From: Glycera tridactyla
Taxonomy: Eukaryota
Direction of reading: 5' to 3'
Assembly (NCBI GenBank): GCA_965644265.1
Contig: OZ286467.1
Coordinates: 98,766,001 to 98,830,000 of the forward strand
Length of the DNA stretch: 64,000 bases
Shown here: positions 51,374 through 64,000 of the stretch, one piece after another
Layout of the letters: every line of letters begins with the position of its first letter
Position numbering within the stretch: the first letter of the stretch is position 1
Notes under the pieces: generated by a model
What the model was told of the DNA's origin: nothing
The model's database searches: none
What the model saw: the letters and a program-made list of their open reading frames with translations, nothing else
Translations under genes and position numbers: made by a program

Positions 51374-52356
51374 AACTAGAATTTTAGTGAGGCACCTCCT
51401 CACTCAATATGTCTCCCCCCAGACTTTGTAATTATTCACTACCCGCATACATGCCTGGGTCCACCTGCTTGCTTATTCATCTTCAAGTGAGCATGCTCAC
51501 TGAAAAGCTAGACATTAATGGTTGACAACTATCCTTTGAGTGACCAATGATGTAGTAGCATACCTAGTCATAAGTACGGAAATGTGTCCTGGGGTATGAG
51601 GTGTGCTGGGGTACAGGGGGGTCTCCTTGTGTAGGATTTGTCCTTGAGAATATGCCTCAGCATCAGAGAACTCAAGTTGAATTTGGGTCAGCGGTTTGAG
51701 TGGAATTTTGCTGACAAGGGAAGATCTTGATCAGGTCTTGATCAGTGACCCAGGAAACTAAAACAATTCAGCAAATGAGATTTGTCCATATTCTCAAATT
51801 CTGAAAACAGCTCCTGTGACCTTTACCTTTGACCTTTTGACACCATCTTCAAAATGCCAGTGTATCACCACTGGCCATTAAATGCATTCAATAGGTGTGA
51901 ATGCCCAGCTGAGTGCATGATGTCACAGGAAAGTAAATTAGAAAAGTGAAATATGTGAACAAAACTGATACATTTTCACTCTCAAATTAGGAACAAAACT
52001 AAAACATTTTCACTCTCAAGTCTCGATGACTTTGAAATTTGAGATGGCAACCCTAAAATCTTGCCATAGCCTGGGAATGTCTGTACACCAAGTTTGTCAA
52101 AGCCACCCCCATAAATTATGAAGTAATTGAAAAATTGATGGGAGTGTTGCCATAGATGTACAGCCTCTATGAGAGGCTGTTCACCAAGTTTGAGAAGGCT
52201 ACCCCTGAAACTCATGAAGTTATTGTCCGGTGGTTGGCAAAAATTCTCAATTGGATACCAATATCACAAGTATGGTAGCCATGGGGTATTCACACGTAGC
52301 AACATGGAGCATGTTGTTGTACGTGTGCACACACACAGGCACAGCCATAGGCGCTT

Positions 52357-52405
<49 letters not shown>

Positions 52406-53154
52406 AGTGGACCAACACAGGGGGGTATGACTGTCAAATCGCAAACAGCAATTACAGTCGAACCTCTCTATAAAGACCACCTTCGGTCACATCAAAAAGT
52501 GGAGTTTATAGAGAGGTGGTCTTTATAGAGGTCATCCACTGTTGAGAATACTACCACAGTTGCAGCTCATGGTGGTCTTTATAGGGAGGTGGTCTCTATA
52601 GAGAGGTGGTCTTTAGAGGAGGTTTGACTGTATATACCAATATGCCAAGTATAATAGCCATTGAATATTCACAGGTAGCAACAAGGAGCAGACACAAACA
52701 GGGAAGTTAATTAAATTTGGGCTTTTGTTTGAGCAGAGAGGGAAGATGAAATCAACGTCAGGTCATTAGAGCAGGACAAAAGAGCATTGTCCTAGACCGA
52801 AGAATCTTACATAACATGAATGGAGAGGCATGAGAAATGCGTTCATTTCGTAGAGGTCACAATACAGACTGAGTTTAATCAGACTACCTTTTTGGTGAAA
52901 TTTCAGTGAAATTTTTGCCCCTGGTGATCTTGAAAATCATGTCACATGGACCAAAATTGGACTCTCCCAAGGGGTATGCCTGCCAAATTTCATCAAATTT
53001 GGATGGGTAGTTTTGCTGCAATCGTGCTCACAAGGTTTTGTGACAGACAGACGGACAGACGGACGGACGGACAGACGGACAGACGGACAGACGGACAATA
53101 CAAATTCTATATGTCTCCCCCATCAGGGGGGGGGGGGGGGGGGGGGAGACATAA
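51374..53154 (+). mobile_element. Non-autonomous Helentron/HINE-like element with nested MITE and microsatellites
   Basis: 5' AACTAGA, palindrome agtgagg/cctcact and subterminal atatgtctcccc; 3' (GACA/GACG)n tract, same subterminal motif and terminal hairpin ATGTCTCCCCC/GGGGGAGACAT. Confidence 0.65.
52455..52630. mobile_element. Tc1/mariner-pogo-type MITE
   Basis: TA|CAGTCGAACCT...AGGTTTGACTG|TA with internal tatagagaccacc repeats. Related copy at 5488-5661 and a probable partial end at 63940-64000. Confidence 0.8.
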
Positions 53155-53757
53155 TTCATATACTGTCCACTAGGGCTGTGTCATGGCACTGCATGTATTT
53201 CTGTTTCCGCTCGCGGCGATTTAGGCGGGAAAGCGCCCAATAAGCGTGCATGATAAACGACTAAAAGTGTTAACGATTGTCCAGCAGAGCCATGGTGGAC
53301 GTTATGTAAGGCGCTCGACGCGCATGCTAGCGTTGCAGGGTTTGCGACTGATAGTTGCCACGGGCAGTACTTCACAGGGGATTAATAATTTAAGATGGAA
53401 AATAGAATGAAAGATAGAATGTATTGCACATAACAAGATCTTCACAAGTTCTTCACAAAACATCAAATTCCAGATGTGCGGAAACAAAGACAATCATTGA
53501 GTACTTGGACGAAATAACATGTGCCAGAAGTCGATTAAAAAATTCAAATCCCTTTGGAATTGTAATCCCATCGAAATCAGCGATGAAATCTGTCCAGACC
53601 ATCACCAATTGGTAACGTCGCATGCAGTCTGACAACAGAACAAATGAGTCTAAGGAGGGAAGATGACAAAAAAGAGGTGCAAAATGGCAGATATGCTACT
53701 TGACGAGGAACTAGATGAATAAATTAAGTTTGAAATCAAAATCATCTCATGACCACA

Positions 53758-54003
53758 NNNNNNNNNNNNNNNNNNNNNNNNNNNNNNNNNNNNNNNNNNN
53801 NNNNNNNNNNNNNNNNNNNNNNNNNNNNNNNNNNNNNNNNNNNNNNNNNNNNNNNNNNNNNNNNNNNNNNNNNNNNNNNNNNNNNNNNNNNNNNNNNNNN
53901 NNNNNNNNNNNNNNNNNNNNNNNNNNNNNNNNNNNNNNNNNNNNNNNNNNNNNNNNNNNNNNNNNNNNNNNNNNNNNNNNNNNNNNNNNNNNNNNNNNNN
54001 NNN
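53758..54003. other. Assembly gap
   Basis: Run of N. Confidence 1.
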
Positions 54004-57000
54004 ACAGCAATCAGAAGAATGCATGGACAATCAGATGTATATAACCAATGAAGAAATCATACAATCATCAGAGGAGAACACCCAATCACAAAAGAAAGCA
54101 TTACTTCATGAAAACATTTCAAATCAATCTGCAGTCAAAACGATCATCAAAACCAACAATTCAAGTACTTTTCAAGGGCTTGTGGTAGCCTATCAGCCAC
54201 TGCAATCATCAATAGATGAAAGTGCGCATGTACATATACACCAGTGATTCAAAATGGCCGGTCTTCATTCAATTGCTTCAACCCAAACCGAATCTATCAT
54301 GAGGCACATATTCTGTTGGTGTGGGAGAAAATACCCTTCATCAAATTTGGATGTAGTTATTGTTTCATGTCCAATCAAAGAAAAGTCGAAACTTAGTATC
54401 TTCTCTCCATCTTACCAAACGAAAACTGTTTGAAGAATTTCAGGATTTCAGATACCTGAAACTTCTGACATGGGATATTCATATATGTGAATGGGTGAAA
54501 AATGATATTGCTCTAGGGCTACAAATAATGCATGACCTTGAATTCATGGATTCTCGCTACAGTGAGACCTGCCGACAAAGACCACATTGGGAACAGACCT
54601 CTGTACATAGTCAACAAACTTGAGAAAGTTGTGGATTTCTAGTTCGTTCGCTTGATTGTTCGAGGCTTAACAGCATGTATCAACTCCCCTGCAGACATCA
54701 CTCTCACAAACCATGAACACAAGATGATGAGGAACCTGAAAGGTTGTCAAGTGGAAGTAGCTGATGGTTCAGACACACCTCTACTAACTCTACAAAAAAA
54801 GACATATTGAACCTGATGATGGCATATCTAACTATGAATCTGGCTAGAAACTAACAATCAAGCCTGATAGCTGTGCTTCTTTTTTTTTTTTACGCAAAGC
54901 GCAGTACTTGAAACATGGGAAAGCATCAGGTTCGGAGAATACTTCAACAATGTCTTCAATTACGAACTGTCAACCATTTACCACCATAAACTAAAATAGA
55001 TTGTGCCAATTTGCATTTCCATGCGGGTTCAAAAATGTCTACTTTCACACAAAAAACTTACATCACTGTATTATGGAGACATTCTATTTATCAACAATTT
55101 GGTTATAATGATTTGGTCAGACCATGAAATACATCTTGATCCAGCTCATCAGCAAAATGAAAGATCCAACAGTTCATCACCAGAAGCAGCAGAAATCAGG
55201 ATCAGACAACTTAAGATCACAATTCATGTGGGAATCAGACAATAAGAGTTCGAAATTGAATCGCGATGATTCACGTAAGACGCCTGTGCAAAAACTCCTG
55301 TCAAACATCAGTGGAAGTGAACAGAAAACTCACAATGAATATATTGGACTCATTCCAATGATGACAATTGTGAAATCATAAAACAAAATAGATAAAACAC
55401 AGCTTGCAACATGTCGACCAGCAGTGCACATCTAAATAATGGTCATTCTATTTGACGTTTGGAGAATGGACTAGGCAGAAGTCAATTTGCAATCCAGGGA
55501 TTTGAGGTGCAGTAAATGCCAGAATATAGCGATCAGTAAGAATGGGATGATTCATCGAAATTACGATAATATCGATTGTTTGCAAAAGAAACAATCGTTT
55601 TGAAACTAGGAGGAGTGTTTTGAAGTACAAATAAAAATGGCTGATGAGTACTCACAAATGCCAATGGATACGGAAAATGCACAATTTTTAAAACAAACCA
55701 TTGCGGGGAGACCGAATGATGGAGATTTGATGAACTTTTTACTAGAAATGTCTTTATATTCGATAGTAATTGGCAATATTTCAAGGCCACTAAAATATGG
55801 GTGGCTTGCTCATGGCACTCGCAACCAGGAGGACCATGCCAGACTCCTGAAAGAGGGTTGCATGGCATTTTCTTTCGTCATTCATTTCGTGAGGTGTGTT
55901 TCTACAAATGTTCGTATTGCGACCAAAGTGGGTTTCCAAATAATTCAGGCTTACGAATTTCCGCATTGTTCCCCTCTTCCTTATGCGATAGAGAATAATG
56001 AATATAGATTCCACAATGTCCTCCACATCTTACAGGAATGAAGGATTGGGGGTAAAGCATGAAATAATGGTGATATAACATTCGAGTAGACAAACTGAAA
56101 TGCCTGTGTAGTGGGTATGGCATATGAGTGCAGCCATTCAAAACTCCTTCTCCTCCTACTCCTCCTTGAACTGCAATGGAAGGTATCTCTAAGTGAAGGC
56201 GCTTTACGACAATGATGCACTATTTGGCACGAGAATTGATGCAGTTTTTGGCAGTAGAGAAAAGGCATACAGTACAGACCTGTCAATAGAAGGTTAGACA
56301 TGGGAGGAAACCTGTTAATCCCAACAACTTTGAACCACTTGTCACAAAAACTCCTCAACATTTCAACACAATGTGGAGAAATGAAGAACAGAATTTTCTG
56401 AACATTTTGCAGCACAGCTTATTTATCCACCACAACTGTCATAATTTCAATATCACAGTTTGTGTGTTTGTGTGTCTGAATCAGGGCTAAAACACAATGA
56501 AATGTGAGAAATGCCCGCATGCTCCCACTGGATGCACCACTGACTGTATTAATGGCTGGAAGCTGGATAGATGCTTGGTCAGTTGGGATGCAATGACATG
56601 TTTCATCTCATGGTATTGTGACTGCCACATGAGCTCCTAGATGAATGTTTGATTGATGTTTAAGGGCATATCAGACCTGCCAACACCCAAACCCCGTCTT
56701 CAGGAAGTTTTAGCCAGCATGAACAAATTTTCAGTAAGATTTCCAACACCTTCATTAAGAATTTCAGAATTTTCTCAGTACGATTTAGAAAATGAGAAAA
56801 CATGCATGAAACATGAACCATCAATAGTAGTCACGTTTAATATTGATACTTTTGGCTGTGCTCAGCATTTTGTTTCGTTTCTATGGGTGATATTTGTCCT
56901 ATAAAATAAAAAATACATCACCAGACCCAGTGAAAATACAGCATTCCATATCATTAATAATAATGAATAAATATTCAATAATCATGAAAAAAGGTGGTTG

Positions 57001-57916
57001 CTGTTCAATATCCCACTAGAGTTATTAGTCATTTGTTGACATCATGTCCAGTAAGGTGGCAGAGCTTCAATAAACATCCCTTATCAACACCCATCACAGT
57101 GATTATGCAATTTCCATAAGTCTCACTTGTCTACCGTAATTCCAGAATATGACTGCTGAATTCAGAGAGATTACGGATTTTTTCCGGATGTTGGCGGTCT
57201 GGCATATATCAACCCCGAGGAATGTTTGTCATATGTTCCTGATCAATGAAAACTAGATGTTCCGTCCCCTGTAGGCATCACTCACGCAAACCCTGAACTC
57301 TAGAAAGGATGAGAAGCAACTAGTATTCCTTGATTCAGACACACTATTAATATCTGGCAATAGATAAAAACATATGGCTGGTATATCCAAGTATGTTTGG
57401 GTTGGTGCTAGAGTAAAATATTCAGGTTATGGTTTTATCTTCAACCAAGGACTGAAGACTGACAAACATATTCTCCACAGATATTCTATATTGTTATGGA
57501 TATCATTGAGTCCTTTACAGTCATAGGGAATATCTGATGACTTTTAAGCAAAAGTTACCAAAAAGTATTCAGTTTTCTGCAAACTGTTCGATTTTTGGCA
57601 ATGAAATGAAGATGAAAATGGTTTATATTTGAAAACGATAATTCATCTTGTTATCATGGTTGTGATTTCTATCAAATTTGGATTTCAGCAAACTGTTCGA
57701 TTTTTGGCAATGAAATAAAGATATTCATGTTTGAAAATAAGTTGTATATTTCAACATGGCTGTGATTTCTAATAAATCATATGAGGATAGTCATCAAAAC
57801 CCACCTGAATGCAATATGACATGAAGGCAGGGGTTTTCAGGGGAAGGTATGAAGATCGTGGTATAACAGTAAGGACCATAAAACATACACAGGTAACGAA
57901 AAGATCTAGAATGGCT

Positions 57917-59406
57917 CTATGAGTGTTGCACTTGTTTGGCCTTGTAGGATAATGTTTGTTGTTTTTGTTTATAACAAGCGGAACACAAGAAGTCCGTTGC
58001 TTGCGTTCCATAAAACTGGCACCCGTCGGAACGGCAGCGTTGTTGTACTCTACTACCTAGCACCACTTGGCGTTGCAACCGAGCACCGACCTCGTCTGGC
58101 GTATCACGAAGCTTGAATGCTGGTTTGCGTGTTGGCGAGCTCGTATCTTTGTTGGCTGGTTGTTGTAGTGGTGGCACTTCGACGCGTTGCTCGATGCGCT
58201 GACTTGGAAGGCGGGAAGGTAGCGTGCCACATTTACGTTCGTATCCGTCTGTGACATCACATAAGTCATTGATGATGTAAGAAGCCGCAGTAGGTGGTGC
58301 GCCATAACTATCCTCTTTAGTAGACATTATCGTGTTATTTTGCACCACTGTCCCATGATCCAGCTTGTTATTCAAGTTCGTATCCGAATACGTTTTGGCA
58401 TTTGAGATATGATCCTCAGCTGAAGACGTATAGAATTTGGATTTACCGGAAGTTATCAGCGTATCGGCACGTGCCATCGGAGGCAAGCGATGATCCGTGA
58501 GTGCATTGGCATGGCGATGGTCGGCAGCGGTAATGGTAGCACTGGCGGGACCGGTGGAGGCAGGACGTCGCTCGTAATCGAGCGCTTGTTGTTTCTCTTT
58601 CTGAAAGCACGCGGGGCATAAATAACTAGTAGCGGCCGATCCTTCTTGGTCACAGCCGGGGTTCACACAATTTGACGCAACTGGTAAGGCAGGTTTAGCA
58701 ACATTCGTCGCAACGTTAGGGGGCGCAGAATTGCGCATAACGGTACTCCGCGCCTTCATCTCTTCATCCTGCAACCGCCGCAAAACCCGATCCTGCTTGA
58801 ATCGCTCCTGAGCCGACGTTATATAATTTTGTACCATCTCATTTTGATAGTCGGGTCGCTTTTTGGACAGTTTCACACAAATAATATGATCGCGATCCCC
58901 GAGCATTTCGGCGGTGATACTGTTCACTTTAGTGGACTGAGTGGCACTACCAACGGAAGACCGCCTCCGGCGATTATTTTGATCTTTGGTCTCTCCGCCT
59001 TTCTGGCCTTTATTCACACCGGCAAAATTCTTCTTGATTTTCTTACTCATGGTTTTACCAATGCTACCGAAAGATTTTGCGACACTCTGCATCTGTTTTG
59101 CCACCTTCCCTTTATCTTTGGCTACGACAGCGTTAATTTCATCGGAATCACCACCATTGCTACTTGAACGTGAGCGTGAGTCAGAATTGGCGTCGATATC
59201 GCTTGAGTAGACAGAGTTTGTGATGGGCAGGCATTCCACGCACAGGTATTTGCGGATTACGCCAAGCTGATCCTCTTTTGATGACTCGAGATGCAACGGC
59301 TTCATCTTATCGTTATCGTTCCGACTCCAGTCGTACATCGGACCTGGATCCACCAGATAATGGATCGGTAATAACCGAAATTCAGGATCAACGAGTGGGA
59401 TGGCAA
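57917..59406 (-). CDS. OTUD7: OTUD7A/B (Cezanne)-like deubiquitinase, last coding exon (end of OTU region, basic segment, two A20-type zinc fingers)
   Basis: Acceptor ttttcag|TTGCC at 59406; translation VAIPLVDPEFRLLPIHYLVDPG...KKIKKNF...CVNPGCDQEGSAATSYLCPAC...CRSDGCQFYGTQATDFLCSACY; TAG stop at 57917; splice phase fits the upstream exon. Confidence 0.9.
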
Positions 59407-60306
59407 CTGAAAATAGAAACAAAACACAAAATTGACTGATTGGAATCATGATCCCATACCCATTTGATGGTTCACATACACTGCAAATTTCTCGGTTCCC
59501 TGTTAGGTAATCATGAGGACATCTGACGCAGAAAACAACTTTCAAATTAACAAATTAGTTCTACGCTCGAACAAAATATCTTTGCGCATTAGATTGCAGT
59601 GATGCATTTTCCGGCGCATCCTGCTTATTTCATGCACTCTAAATGAAGGAGGACTCATCAGTCAAGTCACTGATGAGTCCCTGAGATGCAAAAGGATCAG
59701 GCAGTTCCCATGCACTTTGGTGATCTGTGATGTTAAAACTAATAAATATATTCAGGAACATTACTTCATGAACATGTTTCTGTGAATGAAATGGTTATAT
59801 GGTATGAAATGCATTTCTGGTACCCCATTATCCACAGGACTCACAGGATGCATCACAGGACCCACTCTGAACAGTCAGTTGGGGTCCCCGGGATGCATCA
59901 TCATTCTGGTGAAAACACATCACTGGATTGCGTGTATTGGACTTTGTTTTACAGCCAGCTGTTTAACTCAACTGAATGCTGTTAGAAAAAATTCTGAGAC
60001 ACTATTTTTTTCTGAATTCCTGATTTTCAATGCATATTAAACTCACTAGAAGTGAAGCAACATTTATGTCCATTTTGCACTCCCCTTCTTCAACCTCTCA
60101 GGATACTGTAGCAAAAGACACATTTTTCCCTTGACCATTGTCCAATGAAAATATTTTTAGTTGGGCCTGTTAGTTGGCGAGTTGTAATCTGTGAAACCAA
60201 TTGCATGTGTTACTTCACAGCTGGGTGAGAGCTACTTCTCGATGATTTCTCCCCTTATCCATGTGATAAAAGCAAGAATATATGGCTGTGATGCGTGACG
60301 CCTCAC

Positions 60307-60447
60307 CTGGGAGTTCAGGTCGATCATCAGGGGATGATTCCTGTTCCATGGCACATATGGCAGAGAAGTGCGAAGCATCGTAGGTGAGCAGGAGAGGAGC
60401 GCGATGGCAAATACGCGGCTCACACTCCAGCGGCAAATATATACCAC
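60307..60447 (-). CDS. OTUD7: OTUD7-like internal exon with the OTU catalytic His motif
   Basis: ttttcag|...|gtgagg boundaries, 141 bp, phase 1-1; GIYLPLECEPRICHRAPLLLTYDASHFSAI matches the Cezanne GIYLPLE...LAYDQAHFSAL pattern. Confidence 0.9.
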
Positions 60448-61064
60448 CTGAAAAATGCAAACAGAAAGACTTCATTAATGTAACAACCCAGCGATACGAC
60501 ACATCTGTTACAGGTAAGAACAACGGTGAATTTATCTCAATATTTGGTTGCTTGATACTGATTTGATTCCATGATTCAAAATAACAAGCACATGCATGCC
60601 GGTTTTGGAATTATCACTTTACTCTAGTGTTCAGACTCGGTGCCGAAAACCAGGATTGATTACTCAGCATGATAAGTGGGAACCCAGGTATTAGAGAGGG
60701 TTTTGCAAGTATGAGAGTATATGATTTATGCGGTTCTGATGAGAGTTATTGGAGCTATGGCTGATATATATTCATTGCATTTTCACGGTTACTTCAGTCC
60801 TAAAGAGTTGAGAAGAAATGAAGTTTTTCTGCTCATTTTAGCAAATCAGAATCAATCTCAAAAAACGGGCGCCAATTAATCGGATCGGTACTGAAAATCA
60901 CCGACTAACTCTACCTTTGCATCAATCGACGAAACACTACTGTACACAAATTGTGATAGGTGGATTAGCACACACCCCAGCCAACACCCACATACACAAT
61001 CACCCACCCACCCACTCACTCACTCACACACACACACAGACACACACACGAAAAATGCACCTAC

Positions 61065-61240
61065 CGAAAGGTATTGGAGCCAGAGCTTCTCCATTGGAGT
61101 CTTTCAGCACCGTGTCGGCCACCACGATGATAGGTCGTCTTAACACATGTGCGAGCACGAAGACGTGAAACTCTTCCAGGCTCTCGTAGAAGTATTCAGC
61201 GTCATCCTGCGAGTCACGCTCTCCAACACGCTCCATCAAC
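61065..61240 (-). CDS. OTUD7: OTUD7-like internal exon (OTU domain)
   Basis: ttttcag|...|gtaggt boundaries, 176 bp; [42 protein letters not shown] is the conserved Cezanne OTU segment. Upstream exons not located in the window. Confidence 0.92.
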
Positions 61241-62310
61241 CTGAAAATATCATCACAATATCATCCGTCTGATAATGGATAGGTACATGGAACAAGTTGG
61301 TTTGGTTTGGTTGACTGTTTTGACTGATGTCAGTCCAGTACCACTATCAGAGCCAGAAGGTTCTGATCATCCCAGTGCTGCTGTTAGCTATTTATGTGTG
61401 ACAGGTCTAATCTTGACGAGGCGCAACCCTCTGCCTGTGATTAAATATTGAACCTCCTCTCTTGTGCCTGCATGTGTGTGTATGCTGAGGAGGGGTATTG
61501 GTGTAGCTGGTTTTTGTAGTCACTTTTTATAGCGCCACTGCTAACCTAGGACCATTGTTTTCAGATCCCAGATAGGTGCTCACACCATCACTCAGCCCTG
61601 GTGGTGTGTAGCTCATGCCTCTTTCCGTGTTTTGAGCTCAACACTGGGGGGCCCAGACCACTCGTGTAGTCTGTGACTATTAGTGTAGTGTATGGTCCGC
61701 CCATACCGGTACTCACTGCATCCTCACAGCCTGCACAGGTAGCGTCACATGCTCTATAGATTTGTTAGACTGCCGATTCCTGTCGGTGTTTTTATCTGCA
61801 CATTTCACTATCAAGAAAGAGGTTCTTTTAATGAGAAGCTTTTCTTGAGTATTCACATATCATTCACTTGTAATTTCTAGTGAAATTGCTAACAAACGTA
61901 TTTTGGGTGTATTTTAGGTGCATTTCTTCTTGAATCATGTCATATAATAAAGACAGAAGTGCATGTTCCTCTAGTAGCGAGTCAATCATCAAACTTGTGG
62001 CGGCAGGCATAAAAACATCACTTGTGCTACGCACTCTGGGTGTTCCACTTGCTACCGGACGTTTGTTCAGTTCTGTCTTTCTAATTTGAAAATAACTTCA
62101 CCAGAGCCCCACATTCACTATATTCCAGAGGGCTAGTCAATAAATTCTAAACTGAAGGAAAGCCTCTGCACCTTAGCAAATCTAACTCCATAAATCAAAA
62201 GTCATGATAGAATATTCTATGTCAATCAGCAAACATTACTCTTTTTCTACATAGTTTTTCCGGTCCAGTACCTAGTCTGGCATTCTTCTCCAATATTTTC
62301 AGGATACCAT

Positions 62311-62720
62311 TAGGGCTGGGACGAAACACTTTGGTCATGATACAAAACATTTCTAGAAACACACCTCACGAAATGAATGACGAAACGAAATGCCATGCAA
62401 CCCTCTTTCAAGAGTCTGGCGTGGTCCTCCTGGATGCGAGTGACATGAGCAAGCTACCTATATTTTGGTGGCCTTGAAATATTGTCAATTACTATCGATT
62501 ATAAAGACATTTCGGGTAAAAAGTTCATCAAATCTCCATCATTCCGCAATGGTTTTTTTAAAACAAGGTGCATTTTCTGTATTTATTAGCATTTGTGAGT
62601 ACTCATCCACCATGTTTCTTTGTATTTCGAATCACTTCGAAACACTTCTAGTTTCGAAACGATTGTTTCTTTTGCAAATGATCAATATTATCGAAATTTT
62701 GGTGAATCGTCCCACCCTTA
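62311..62720 (+). mobile_element. hAT-like MITE, about 410 bp; inverted second copy at about 55535-55940
   Basis: TAGGGCTGGGACGA ... TCGTCCCACCCTTA terminal inverted repeat; no clear 8-bp TSD, so the superfamily call is tentative. Confidence 0.6.
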
Positions 62721-64000
62721 GTCAGATGAGTTATGCGCTTTTAACAAACAAGTGAGCAGAGCTCCATATCTAATTTTTAGATGAATGGCCCCCTGTGACC
62801 CATGGACTAGAACTATCATGGACCATATCCCCAGATGATGAGTCCCCCTTCCTATCTATCTATGGATGAAAGTGGCAGAGAAGCTGGGCTGATAACCCAC
62901 AGTAGAAGATGTAGATTGGCCAAAAAGGCGAGAATAGGGACCTTGGGCCATGACCCACCAACAATCTGGAGCTCTGAAGAGAGGCCACTAGAGAAAATTG
63001 AGACTATCTAAGAACCAGAGTCAGTGGGGTACCGGTTGTTGAGGGCCTTGCTCTTATTGTTACATGAAAAGTCAGCAGCAGATCACTATTATACCTGCCA
63101 ACCCTGAATCACGGCATTCAGTAGTGACCCCACCTCGGTTTCAGTAGTTTTGGTTCATTTTCATTAGTGATATTCTCATCATTTTCAGTAGTTATTTTCG
63201 ACACTCTCAGCACCGTGGCAAAGGTAGCACATGAAAATTACACCATCTTCATATCAATACATTATTTCCAAATGATTCGATTCATATCAGAACGAGACAA
63301 AAACATGTGTATTGATGAACAGGTATGTATGTGTATGTCATGTCATGTGTGATGAAGTTTTTCATAATTATTTTCTAAATAAATCTCTGAACACTCCTAA
63401 CTGAGATTGATGATGTCATCAAATTATGGATGACTCAAACTACACACCGGAACTTGTTAAATCATCAGGTTTTCATCAACATTTCATGAATATTTGGCAA
63501 CGCTGGGCTGGGAACAATGTTTTTTTTGGGTAGGGCTTCATTTCAGTAGTTTCTCAGAGGCTTGAGTAGTTCAGCAGTTTTGACCCCATTTCAGTATTGA
63601 CTACTCAAGTTCAGTAGTACTTGGCAGGTATGCACTATGGATGTACAATAGAAAATGGAATATCAACTGACAGACTTGCATGAGAGCAAGGTAAATTCTG
63701 AAATTTCACATGATGTCCCCTCCACCACACTTACCTATGACCTAGACAGTCCTACTTGGGGATTTTAATCAACTATATGATACATTCGACAAACACGGAG
63801 TTCAACCGGCTCCGGGGTTGTGGGACAAACTGGGTTGCATCCAGATTTCAGGGCTTTACGTTACAGGTTGCCCTCTATTGTCCGGGGAAAGTAAAATTTG
63901 TTGGAGGTATATTTGACTATGCCAAAAAGAAAAGCTGCCCTGGAAAAAGGGTCTCCTGCCAGAGGTGGTCTCTCATTGGGGGTCTTCCACCACAGGTTTC

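Noticed and set aside
53400-56420. Coding-like plus-strand frames around the second gap
   Set aside because: Many stops, no recognisable motif and no consistent splice structure; too weak to call.
55535-62720. Inverted hAT-like pair flanking the OTUD7 3' exons as a composite transposon
   Set aside because: Each copy has its own TIRs, the copies are diverged, and no outer TSD is seen; independent insertions are simpler.

Overview
Animal genomic DNA, repeat-dense, with two N gaps (7220-7348, 53758-54003). The SINE and Helentron-like content suggests a mollusc or other lophotrochozoan, but this is inference. The one clear host gene is the 3' part of an OTUD7/Cezanne-type deubiquitinase on the minus strand (three exons, 57917-61240). 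The largest feature is a young 15.5-kb Ty3/Gypsy LTR retrotransposon (17959-33439) with 2.5-kb LTRs, a CTAG target-site duplication (TSD), a tRNA-Leu PBS and a -1 gag-pol frameshift signal with a pseudoknot. It also has an env-position third gene that is not env: a splice acceptor leads into a two-C2H2-zinc-finger protein. The Gypsy element interrupts an older purine-rich unit encoding a coiled coil plus a NADAR-like domain. Other remnants: an I/Nimb-group LINE with RNase H, DIRS fragments, an L2/CR1 3' end, a Helentron-like element, several MITEs and minisatellites. About 40 short retroposon copies of three families share a CGTTAAAC-(CAAA)n tail and almost all lie on the minus strand; one family is the 3' UTR of the LINE and its free copies start at a hairpin. 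All domain calls are by eye from motifs; no searches were run.
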